A program made the translations under genes and the position numbers. A stretch of 64,000 nt of DNA from Octopus sinensis (taxonomy: Eukaryota). Within the stretch, counting starts at the first letter, position 1; every line of letters starts with the position of its first letter. Positions 14,077-25,319 of this stretch are shown here, in pieces. The stretch is taken from assembly GCF_006345805.1 (NCBI RefSeq), contig NC_043011.1, positions 39,134,464 through 39,198,463 of the forward strand, written 5' to 3'. The notes under the pieces were generated by a model. That model ran no database searches. It was not told the DNA's origin and was given only the letters and a program-made list of their open reading frames with translations.

Positions 14077-14272
14077 GCAGAGTAAGCACATAAATGCAAA
14101 ACAGGGTGGAAGAAATAGTATTCGAATACCAGAAGTAGAGTAATATGCTTTATTAAAATGCACCAAAATATCACAAAAACTGTTACTCAGAGTTTCACGT
14201 TCCTGTTCGTCAAACAGTTTTGTTTTAAACTCTGAGTAATAACTTTTGTGATATTTTTGCTGCTTTTTAATA
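14077..14272 (-). mobile_element. Penelope-like retroelement terminal fragment with inverted 5' copy
   Basis: Inverted arms at 14151-14195 and 14227-14272; hammerhead-like fold at 14176-14221; AATAAA just downstream on the minus strand. Confidence 0.7.
14176..14221 (-). ncRNA. Minimal type I hammerhead ribozyme-like motif (variant core)
   Basis: Minus strand: stem I AAAACUGU / ACAGUUUU (8 bp), core UUGACGA (CUGANGA with C3U), stem II ACA-GGAA-CGU, GAAA, stem III ACUC-U-GAGU, cleavage triplet GUA. Confidence 0.7.
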
Positions 14273-14275
14273 CAA

Positions 14276-14352
<77 letters not shown>

Positions 14353-14474
14353 TGTGTGTATGTATATGTGTATATATATATATGTGTGTGTGTGTGTATA
14401 TATTCAAGTATTTGCGTGTGTTTATATATAAAAGTATTTGTATGTATGTGTATATATGTATAAAAATTATATAT

Positions 14475-14608
14475 AAAAATACAAAATGGGACAAGAACGC
14501 AAAATACACAATGAGACGACAGAAAATACGGACGGGTCATTCAAAGCCTCTAATCTTCAGTCAGGAACCGGATCATCCTAGCAAATTTCGGCTGATTAAC
14601 ATGAAGCT
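14475..14608 (-). mobile_element. Possible further Penelope-like terminal fragment
   Basis: Minus strand TCAGCCGAAA resembles the hammerhead half at 24848-24840, and a CTGAAGA follows; no complete fold. Confidence 0.3.
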
Positions 14609-14610
14609 AC

Positions 14611-14890
14611 TGTCCCCCATCCCAGGTTCTCACGGGCCCATACCTCCCGCACCCTCGGGGTTGGCACACTGAAAGGTAGGTCTAGTGATATTGTTGAAAT
14701 GCTTGAACGATGTGTTGATATGTGCTGCATCCAAGAAGTAAGGTGGAGAGGAGGTTCTGCTATGTTCCTCACAGGCAAAGAACACAGGTACAAGATTTTC
14801 TGGGTTGGGGGCATGGGTATACTTCTCGCTGAAAAATGGGTAGATAAGGTAATTGAGGTAGTCAGAGTATGCTCCAGAATACTTAGATTG
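14611..14890 (+). pseudogene. RTE-clade LINE apurinic endonuclease N-terminal relic
   Basis: Translates RVGTLKGRSSDIVEMLERCVDMCCIQEVRWRG...YKIFWVGGMGILLAEKW...RILRL, matching the RTE endonuclease pattern (C.QE.RW, GVG.LL), with internal deletions. Confidence 0.85.
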
Positions 14891-15656
14891 CTTATTTATT
14901 TTATTTACATTGTTTTGAATTAATCATGTATTTTCTCAAAGCCTTGAGACTTTGATAATCATCATTGTCATTATCATTGTTTAAGGGCTATGTTCCATGC
15001 AAGCATGGGTTGAACGGTCTGACAGGAGCCAGACAGAGAGAAGAGTGTCCCAGGCTACTTTATCTGTTTTGGCAGAGTTTTCTTTTTTTTTTTTTAATGA
15101 TTGGATGAAAACAAATGTGACTGTTTATTTTCTGAAGGACATTGTAGGGTTGGTACAAGAGGTCCGGTCTGTCCCGTTTTTCCCTTGAAGGCAGCACTGC
15201 TCCAGTTTGGCCGGCCAGCCAGCCATTGACTGAAACCATTAATTTGATTTTTAACCAGTTGGGAATCAGAGAATTCATAGCTTTTATGAATTATATTCTC
15301 TCCTGCAAGAATCAGCAAATCTGTTTCCCAGTCAAATATTGGAAGCAGTCTCGGTGGCATTGAAGGTTCCGTCTCTGAACTCTCACCGTGGGATTTGAAA
15401 CGAGGAGTTCTAGAACATTTGCAGGTTTTTTTGGGGTTTTTTTCCCCACCAAACCTTTTTTTTTATGAGGGGAAACTTCCAGTGGATAAAACATCATGAA
15501 AAGGTGGATAAATTAAATTTGCTCACTTCCTGTTTTGTGATATTTACCAAACATCAGATACTATACTAAGAGAGAGAGAAGAGATTGATAGAGGGAGGGA
15601 TGGAGAGATAGAGAGAAGTACATATAAACTGGTTGTGCTTGAGAGAAAGCATATAT

Positions 15657-15699
<43 letters not shown>

Positions 15700-15781
15700 T
15701 ATATGTATATGTATATATATATATGTATGTATATTTATGTGTATGTATATATATGTGTATATGTATATATGTATGTATATG

Positions 15782-15823
<42 letters not shown>

Positions 15824-16429
15824 TGTATACCAATACATACATACATACATAGACTGTTAGTGTTTGAGTGAGAGGGAGAGAGAGATATACACAAGCCAAT
15901 TGCATTTGAGAGAAAGAGAGTGCTTGTGTTTAAGACACACACATTTTTATTGGTGAAGACACACTATATTCGAAACACACACATGGATGCACTCGCTTTT
16001 GTTGTCCAAAACACATACATCCAATGCGTTTCAAAGACACACGAGCTTGTTCAAGGTGCACATGTGTGCATTCTATTGTTGCTTAACTCTTTTATGCTGT
16101 AACGTGTTTCAATTGTGAGTCTGTGATCATACTGTTACACTTCCTCAAAGGAATCTAATCAATTATATGAAACCACAGTGCCTGATCTGCAACTACTTCC
16201 TTATTTTTATCTCCGTCAGAAAGATAAAAGGCTATGATATCCGATGTGGAATTTGAACTCAGAGCCTAAAGTAGTGTTGCCGTAAACCACAAAGTACTTT
16301 GCGTGACATTCCACCCACAATCCTGCCACCCCCAATCTTGCCATCCACCCAGTATCTTAGTTAATGCAACAGTTTCCGGACTAGTGTGCAAGATGTATCT
16401 CAGTTAATGCAACAGTTCCCGGACTTGTT

Positions 16430-16550
16430 CTGTATTATTTTAGAATGATATTATGAGGTAGATGTGAAGGGCCAAATTTGGTTAGTTTGAATAAAAGACG
16501 AATGGAATGTTTGGGCTAGATATGGCCAGTTTAAATGCTAAAGAGTGAAT
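16430..16550 (-). mobile_element. piggyBac-type MITE fragment
   Basis: Reverse-complement homolog of 60253-60370 (TTTAGCATTTAAACTGGCCATATC versus TTTTCTATTTAAACTAGACATATC). Confidence 0.55.
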
Positions 16551-16785
16551 AGCATTTTTGCCTCTTCTCTTTCAGAAAGCAATGCACTAGGTCTGGAGTA
16601 TTTGAGTGACAGCAAGCCACAGCTTACACAGATTAATATCTGGTCCCTAGACCTATGGCAGAATCCGGGCAACTTGTCAAGTGTGCTCATGGATTCAGAT
16701 TGTACTGCTTCTATCAAACTTGGCCTTCTTGGTATTTGAAGATAGCATGCAGAGTGGTGGAAGAAATGCCATACAATAATAAGAT

Positions 16786-17020
16786 AAGGTGGCGAGCTGG
16801 CAGGAATGTTAGCATGCCGGACGAAATGCTTAGCTCCAATATTTCGTCTGCCGCTACGTTCGGAGTTCAAATTCCGCCGAGGTTGATTTTGCCTTTCATC
16901 CTTTCAGGGTCGATTAAATAAGTATCAGTTACGCACTGAGGTGATATAATCGACTTAATCCCTTTTTCTGTCCTCGTTTGTCCCCTCTATGTTTAACCCC
17001 TTGTGGGCAATAAAGAAATA
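16786..17020 (+). mobile_element. SINE family B copy with alternative 3' end
   Basis: GGTGGCGAGCTGGCAGGAATGTTAGC head and GAGTTCAAATTCCGCCGAGG B-box region; the 3' part differs from other copies and ends AATAAAGAAATA. Confidence 0.8.
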
Positions 17021-17833
17021 ATACGATAGTTTCTGCCAAGTCATTGTCTATATTATAGGCATGAAAATTGGTTCGCTGTTCTCAGAATTCTCTGAGAATG
17101 GGAAGGACCAGTTTGTCCCGTACTTGCTAAAATATTTGAGAAAATACTTTGCGATTGCTAGTTAAGGTATTTTTACTTTCTGATTTCAAGAACTGCCTAG
17201 GTGGAATTTTGGCTTTCATCCTACCAGGGTTATATCAAATATAAAGTATCTGCTAAGCACCGGGTCGATTTATTTAATCGACTCTACTCACCCTTAAAAT
17301 TTGTGGTCTTGGCCTCCTGTGTGTTTGTGTGTGGTGTTAGAAATCAGTGGCTGTTTGCGTAATGGCAGAGATAACCCAGATAAGGGGCCGTTTAACCAGC
17401 CATAACAGAGAGAGAAAGAAAAGCAGGGAGAGAAACTGAGATTGAGATCATAGAAAAAGCATCTTAATGCATTATGACCTGTAATAAATGCTGTGGCTTT
17501 TCCCAACTGTAATAAAAGCTATCTTAATATGGCTTTTATTACAGTTGGGAAGGCATGAGTGTCACAGTAGATCAGTAGAAGATACGCCGTTGCGGTTGTT
17601 TATCGATAGGCTGTCATTTGTATTTGCTGTGTGTATTGTAATGTGTGTGTGTATATATATATTATATAATATATATGTATAAGTAGATGGATACATAGAT
17701 ATCTACATGTGTGTGTATATATATGTATATACGTATAAAAAGATGGCCATATATATATATATATATATGAATAGATGGCTATATAGATATGTATATTTGT
17801 ATGTATAAATAGATATGGATTTAGATGTGTGTG

Positions 17834-17864
<31 letters not shown>

Positions 17865-18401
17865 ATATGGCCTGGGCCAATAATGGCCGAAACCTATCAA
17901 AGTATCAAAGTATGTGTGTTTGTGTGTGAGGCAGTTTAAATAAGCAGAAGTGTGTTTGTACTTGTATTTTAAGGTGTTTTTTTTTCATTAGAAAAACTGC
18001 GTTTATCTGTGTGTGTATGTGTATGTGTGTAAGCATTGCATGATCCACATTGCAACCGGTATATATACCATTGATGGATGTATGGAAGTTGTGATGTTCC
18101 AACAGATCTTAATCAGATAGCTCGATTTACTTTAATGGCTTTCTTCATTTTTCTACTTTCTTCGTTTTTTTTTTATTGGTTTTTCTTTGTTCTTCTGCGG
18201 AGAGATATCGGTCAACGAAAACACTTTTGTGCTATGGAGCATTTAGTTAATATAAACAGGAATGAGACAGTTTCGGACTCTCTCTCTCTCTCTCTCTTCG
18301 TGTGTGTGTGTGTGTATTTATACATTGATACACATATATAACACTATTGACAACAAGTATGGCACAGTATCTTTGTATGTATATGTATATGTGCGTGCAT
18401 G

Positions 18402-18458
<57 letters not shown>

Positions 18459-18579
18459 ATGTTTGTATGTGTACATATGTATATATGTATGTATATCTAT
18501 CTATATATATGTGTGGTGTATGTATGTATATGTGCATGCATGTATGTATATATATATATATATATTCATATATATATCT

Positions 18580-18870
18580 TCCAAACGTGGCCGATGCCAG
18601 CGCCACCTTGACTGGCTTCTGTGCCGGTGGCACGTAAAAAGCACTAACCAATTGTGGCTGCTGCCAGCCTCCCGTGGCACCTGTGCCGGTGGCATGTAAA
18701 AAGCACCCACTACACTCACAGAGTGGTTGGCGTTAGGAAGGGCATCCAGCTGTAGAAAAACTGCCAGATCAGACTGGAGCCTGGTGCAGCCTCCTGGCTT
18801 CCCGGATCCCGGTCAAACTGTCCAACCCGTGCTAGCACAGAAAACGGACGTTAAACGATGATGATGATGA
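18580..18870 (+). mobile_element. Family C (RTE 3' tail) copy
   Basis: GTGCCGGTGGCACGTAAAAAGCAC subunits, GGCGTTAGGAAGGGCATCCAGC, and GGACGTTAAAC(GAT)n end. Confidence 0.85.
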
Positions 18871-18890
18871 TAAATATATGAATATATATA

Positions 18891-19310
18891 CTCCCTTTAC
18901 TTGTTTCAGTCATTTGACTGTGGCCATGCTGGAGTACCGCCTTTAGTTGAGCAAATCGACCACAGAACTTATTCTTTGTAAGCCTAGTACTTATTCTATC
19001 GGTATCTTTTGCTGAACTGCTAAGTTACGGGGGCGTAAACACACCAGCATCGGTTGTCAAGCGATGTTGGGGGGACAAACACAGACACACAAACATATAC
19101 ACACACAAACACATATATATATACACACACATGTATATACATATATATGATGGGCTTCTTTCAGTTTCCGTCTGCCAAACCCATTCACAAGGCTTTGGTT
19201 GGCCTGAGGCTGTAGTAGCAGACACTTACCCTAGGTGCCACGCAGTGAGACTGATCCCCGAACAATGTGGTTGGTAAGCAAGCTACTTACCACACAACCA
19301 CTCCTGCGCC
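18891..19310 (-). mobile_element. SINE family A, full length
   Basis: Complete head, core, internal microsatellite and tail. Confidence 0.9.
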
Positions 19311-19320
19311 TATATATATA

Positions 19321-19754
19321 ATAATAATAAACATTGTGTACAGTGCTCAGGTGCACTACAACTCATCTAAAGTGCATATATAATCAGGTGTAGTTTCGAC
19401 GGATTTCGGAAAGCATGAGGCCTTAAAGGATGCAGTGTCATGGCAGTCAACAACTGACGCAGGCAGTTTATTCCATGCTTCAGCAACTCTGAGCGTGAAG
19501 AAATGTTTCCGAAAGTCATGGGAGCTGTGTTGTTTTCTGACTTTGTAAGCATGTCCACGTGTGTTAGACACATGGAGATCAAAAAGGTGTTCAGTGTTGT
19601 TATTGGTGAGGTGGTTGACAACTTTGTGGGTGTTTACCAAGTCCGTCGCCAGACGCCGGAGCTTCAGTGAATCCATGCCCAGGGAAACAAGGCGCTCAGA
19701 ATATGGTAGGTGTCTGATGGAGGGTATGCGTTTGGTTGCACGTCTCTGAACCGA
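19321..19754 (-). mobile_element. 5'-truncated CR1-clade LINE 3' end (second family)
   Basis: Minus strand translates SVQRRATKRIPSIRHLPYSERLVSLGMDSLKLRR...TRGHAYKVRK...FFTLRVAEAWNKLP. 3' hairpin AGTGC-ACCTGA-GCACT and (TAT)n tail; inserted in a (TA)n tract. Confidence 0.9.
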
Positions 19755-19960
19755 TTATATATATGTATATGTGTGTGTGTGTGTATGTATATATATATAT
19801 ATATATATTGTGTGTGTGTGTGTATATGTGTATATATATGTGTATATAAGAATATATATAGGTATATATGTGTATTTATGTGTGTATATCTATATCTATA
19901 TATGTGTGTATACATATATTTGTATATATATATATGTATATATGTGTGTGTATATATATA

Positions 19961-19995
<35 letters not shown>

Positions 19996-20003
19996 GTGTG
20001 TGT

Positions 20004-20038
<35 letters not shown>

Positions 20039-21951
20039 GCTGATCAAAAGTTCCGAGTTGCTGTTGATGCCATTCTTGTTGAGGAATAATAAATTTGTAG
20101 TTTACCAAAAGTTTTCTAAAATTGTTTTCATCATTAGTACTGATGCTATGGAGAAAGATATCTAGTACACTCTGTAAAGTGGTTGGCATTATGAAGCGCA
20201 TCTAGCTATTGAATCCATGTCAAAGTAGACATTGGAGTGCAATTTGTAGGATCCTGTGAAATCATCCAATCTATGCCAGTATAGACGGACATTTAAAAGA
20301 TGATGTTTTGATAATATGCCACTGTGTTTGTGTGTGTGTGTTTTCATTCCCTTGTCTTGATACTGTGTGATGGTGGCACATGTGTGTTGTTCATTTTCAG
20401 TTCTTTGTGAAGAACTTGTTTGGCCATGTGGAAATATTATTTGGCTTGGAAACTGGTGAGGGTGAGTGACAGTAAGAGCACCTGGCTGTAAGAAAAAAGA
20501 AACAGTCGGCTTTAATAAATTCAGTCTGATCCGTGCTATCATGGGAAAGTTGAAGTGAAGGTGATGATGGTAGACTCACATATATATATATATACATACA
20601 CACAGGTTATGTAGGTATTCAAATTCAGACATTTTCTGTTTTTTTTTTTTTTAAACTGTCTTCTATTATTAACTTAATGGCTGTTTATTAACTTAGCAGT
20701 TAAGCTGCTTCAGTCAGTTTTAAATACAACACCGCCTGTACTTATACCACGTTAAACCACACTATATACTCGCATGTGGCGGCTCACCTACCACTCTACG
20801 TGTGCACGCATCTCTGCATTTAATTTAAATCTGACAGCAGTTCTCTCAGGAGCATGGAAAGCTAATCCCGATCAAGCTCCATTTTTCTTCTTTGTTTTCG
20901 CTTCTTTTTTTTTTTGTTGTGTTTTCTTTACTGTTGCAGTCGACAACAGAACAGTTTTCTTATGGCTGCATTTCATCAATGATTGAAATCTTCTGTTCTC
21001 ATTGTTCAGTGTGTGTGAGGCTGCTTAAGAAATTTTATTTTTGGGAAAGATTCCTGAGAACATGTGTGCGTGATCTTTCAGAGAAACTTAAACCGATTGG
21101 ATGAAGCAATCGGCTTGTTTTTTTTATGTATGTGTATGTGTATGTATGTGTTTGTGCATGCGTGCGTGTGTTTGTGTGTATTTGCTGTGTTATGCTGGAT
21201 AGCTGCTTGCTTGTCTGCTGGTTTTTACTTGAGTTATTCAAATATAGATAAATACAATCCGGAAGATTTTATTTTGTTTTTTAAAAATCAGTAAAAATAC
21301 TGGTAAAAATACAATAGCAAAAAATGGTTTATAACATAACAATTTGTGTGAAAAAAACTGAAAATAGCACCCCTTATACTTCAAAAAACAACGAAAACAA
21401 CTAAAGTATGAGAGAGTGAAAAAATTCCAAATATTAGGTTTGCATTTACTTTTATATTTAATGCTTACCATTCTTGTTCTCCACTTTGTTATTATTACTT
21501 TCATTTTTGACACATTTTCTTCCATTTGAGATAATACTGGATATTTTTATAGACATCTAGCTGAAATAGGTAATGCGTGTTTACACATACAGCTAGGCAT
21601 GTACGTATGCGTACACACGTACATACGCTCTCATGCACACATACCATTCACATACAAAGATTTGCATAAACAGATGCGAGCACTAACGAATGTGCATGCC
21701 TTGTATACATCATACACCTACACAGACACCTGTGTGCACAGATGCAAGAACTCACTTAAAAAGCCATATATATAGATGCAAACACTCAACCATAATGTGC
21801 ACACACACACACACACACACACATTTGCAGATGCATATAAATATATATATTTACACATGCATATATGTATATATACTTGTATATGTATATATATATATAT
21901 ATTTGTCTGTTCATACATATACAGTCTTATTCACATCCAAATATCCCTTCT

Positions 21952-22000
<49 letters not shown>

Positions 22001-22159
22001 CACACACATTTAGTATGTGTGTATGTGTTCACACACAGACATGCATACAAGCATACACACACACACACACAAACGGTTTATCAATAAATGAATAACAACA
22101 AGGCACATATAGAAATATAAATGTGTGTGTGTATATAGAAATGTATATCTATGTGTAGG

Positions 22160-22520
22160 CACGTGTGTTTGGCAGTGTGGTAAGAAGCTTGCTTGCCACC
22201 TATATAATTTCAGGTTCCGTCCCACTGAGTGGCACCTTGGGTAAGTCTCTACTACTTAGTTTCAGGCTAACCTTGTGGATAGATGTGGTTGATGGAAACT
22301 GAAAGAAGCCCTTTGTGTGTGTGTGTATATATATGGGTGGGGGGGAGTTGTTGCATTCATCCCCCTCCATCAGTTGATAACCAGTGTTGGTGTGTTTACG
22401 ACCCCTGTAACTTAACAGTGCAGCAAAAGAGACCGATAGAATAAGTGCCAGGCTTTAAAAAAATAGAATAGTAATGGGGTCCATTCATTTGACTAGATAT
22501 TCTTCAGGGCAGTGTCCCAG
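22160..22520 (+). mobile_element. SINE family A, diverged
   Basis: GTGTGGTAAGAAGCTTGC head, GGCACCTTGGG core, CAGCAAAAGAGACCGATAGAATAAGT tail. Confidence 0.75.
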
Positions 22521-24783
22521 CATAATCTCAGTCTAATCCTAGAAACCAAGTAGATGGTAAATGTGTGTGTGTGTATGTATATATGTTTGTATATATATAT
22601 ATATATATGTTTGTGTATGTGTATATATATATATAATACACACACACACACACACATTTTACTGAGAGAAGTGAAAAATGTAAGATACAAGAACCTTTAT
22701 TGATCATTACAATTATTTTGACCCATCTAGCATTGATCTCTCGTGGATGGGATATTGAACATTTTCCATTTCTTTCATTGATCAAATACCCAACAAACAC
22801 TGAGCCAGTGAACATACCAAGTGTATAGCATACAGTTTATTAACTAATATATAATAATAATGATAATAGTAATAATAAAGGAGAATAGTCGGAAATCAAA
22901 ACCAATTTTTGCTCCAAAATTTGGGGTTTGAAAACTGGAGAAATTGATCCAGTTTATTTTAGATTATATTGCCATCATTCATTAGGTTTTTATATATATG
23001 CCAAATCCACTCACAAGGCTTTGGTCAGCCCAAGGCTATAGTAGAAGACACTTGCCCAAGGTGCCACGCAGTAGGACTGAACCCGGAACCATGTGGTTTG
23101 TAAGCAAGCTACTTACCACACACCCACTCCTGTGCCTATATAACATCATCATCATCATTGTTTAACATATATATATATATTGTCATTTAACATACGCCTT
23201 CTCCTTGACTTATGACTGAGTTCCTTTCTAACTGACATGTCATAAGTCAATTTGGTCGTATGTCGAATTCATATTTTTCAACACTATTTTCATTCAAACA
23301 GGTTATAAAAATACAGTTTAAATCAATAGCTTCCCTTGACTTCTTACCTGGTGCTCCTGTAGATGAAAGCATCTTTCTTTTACCTGTCAATTTAGGGGTA
23401 TTTCAGATGCAGTTGTTACAAATCCACTTGCAACTGATGCTTGAAAGTGACTGAGTGGGAGACAATGGCAGGTCGTGGGATGCCTGGGTCTGAGGGCGGC
23501 CTGTGTTACCAGATGCCGCCATAGTTATTGTACATGCAACTGCCCAATGTCTGAAAATTGATTATTTATATATTTTTTGTGGTTGTAAGTTGCATAGGTC
23601 GTAAGTTGAGGGGAAGGTGTTTAGGGAAATATTATTTCATATCGTCTCTCACTCATATGAGAAAGACCTCTTGTAATAGTGATGATGATAATAATAAAAA
23701 TAATAATAATAATAATATAGAAAAAGGAAAAGCTATAGATCTTGAAGTGGGTCTCTACCCTCAAAGGGGATCTTCACCCTCTCTTCTATTTCTTAGTAAA
23801 CTCTCTCTCTCTCTCTGTCTCTCTATGTATCTCTCTCTCAAAACAATTGTAGATGGCAGCACTAACAGTTTCCACTGTAAAAATTTCTCCAAAGCTTTCT
23901 GAGTTGGAAAGAGAAAGACATTGTGTTATAGAGAATTAATGATGCTATTGAGGACCAAATGGAATTTAAGTGCTCAATTATGTTTTTCCAATAAAGCTAA
24001 TGTTGTCCAATGAAATCTCAAAGTTGTATTCCAACCCTACACCCCCGCCCACTTCTTATCAGGTCGATGATAAAACACTAACAAAGTAGACAGTGTTTTT
24101 TTTTTGTTTTTTTCTTTTGTTCCAGTATTCTTTTAGAATGTGGTTTGTGCTTACATAAGTGTAATTAAACAAGATGACTAAATCTCGAGTTATCTGAATA
24201 GGACAATTGGTAAACTCTTCTAAATGCTTTTTATTTCCCTGTGAACCAGTTCGATCAGATAAGAAGATATTTTATGCAAAGCAATGATAAATGTAATCAG
24301 CTAATGTAATGAGCTCTTCTGTCATTCTTTGGGGTTTTTTTTTTTTTTTGAGAATTTTTTGCCTTTTTTTCTGTTTGTTTATTCTTTTACCTGTTCATTC
24401 TTTTACTTGTCCTGCAAGTTATTTAGCAGCTCCACTGGTGTTGGTGCCACATAAAAAGCACCAATGCTGTTGTTGTATTAAAAGCGCCCAGTACACTCTG
24501 TAAAATAGTTGGCATTAGGAAGGGCATCTGGCCACAGAAACCCAGTCAACATGGGAGGCAGATGTTAAATGATGATGGTGATGATGATCACCATCATCAT
24601 TGTCATCACCATGTTTATTGTCCATTTTGCCATGCTTATATAAGTCAGTCAAAATTTATTGAGGCAGATTTTATATTGTCAGATGCTCCTCTTGTTACAA
24701 ACCCTTACCTCTTTCCAAGCAAGGTAATATTTTCCCAAAGGCAGACATGTTTTTTTGCAGAATATTGGGAATGAATGACATTT

Positions 24784-24970
24784 ACATTACTTACGTTCGA
24801 CGGATATTTGTCCTCATCTTGTTTGTTGTTAACAAAACGTTTCGGCTGATATACCCTCCAGCCTTCTTTAGGTGTCTTGGGGAAATTTCGAACCTGGGTT
24901 CTCATTCCTAAGGTATTTGTCGAAGTTGTTGTTGTTGTTGTTATTATTATTATTATTATTATCATTATTG

Positions 24971-25013
<43 letters not shown>

Positions 25014-25220
25014 GTTCTGGTCACTGCTTGGAATTGAACTCGGAATTGAACTTGGAATCTTGGGGTTAGTAGCCCGCGCTCTTAACCACTACGCCATATG
25101 CCTGTGGCCTGGGGGGATATATCAGCTGAAACGTTGTGTTAACAACAAAGAAGATGAGGACAAATATCCGTCGAATGTAAATAATGTACATAATTCCTCA
25201 TCTCTTAAATATAGAACTGT
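24784..25220 (-). mobile_element. tRNA-headed, hammerhead-bearing retroelement with inverted 5' copy and 13-bp TSD
   Basis: Direct repeat ATGAATGACATTT at 24771-24783 and 25221-25233; A-box at 25096-25086; B-boxes at 25051-25042 and 25039-25030; (AAT/AAC)n spacer; hammerhead fold at 24876-24831; inverted partial copy at about 25114-25220. Confidence 0.8.
24831..24876 (-). ncRNA. Minimal type I hammerhead ribozyme-like motif (degenerate core)
   Basis: Minus strand: GACAC CUAAAGA A GGCUG-gagggtatat-CAGCC GAAA CGU U UUGUU. The inverted copy at 25123-25140 reads GAAACGUU GUGUU, which restores stem I pairing with GACAC. Confidence 0.7.
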
Positions 25221-25319
25221 ATGAATGACATTTGTTTACATAGGGACTAGGGAAGTTTGGCAATTTGCTGTACTCAATAAGATGCCAGAGACTAAGTAAA
25301 ATCATTGTCTTGCATGCAT

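Larger units (their letters stand above)
13780..14470. repeat. Compound (TA)n/(TG)n microsatellite tracts flanking an insertion
   Basis: Directly visible. Similar tracts at about 15650-15850, 19755-20040, 21830-22000, 28250-28620, 46620-46790, 48700-48900 and 54320-54600. Confidence 0.95.

Noticed and set aside
14530-14608. Possible hammerhead (minus strand CTGAAGA...GAAT and CAGCCGAAA)
   Set aside because: The CUGAAGA is followed by GAAU and no consistent stems; the GCCGAAA half lacks its upstream core.
16352-16425. 43-bp tandem repeat as a CRISPR-like array
   Set aside because: Only two units in a eukaryotic context; a simple local duplication.
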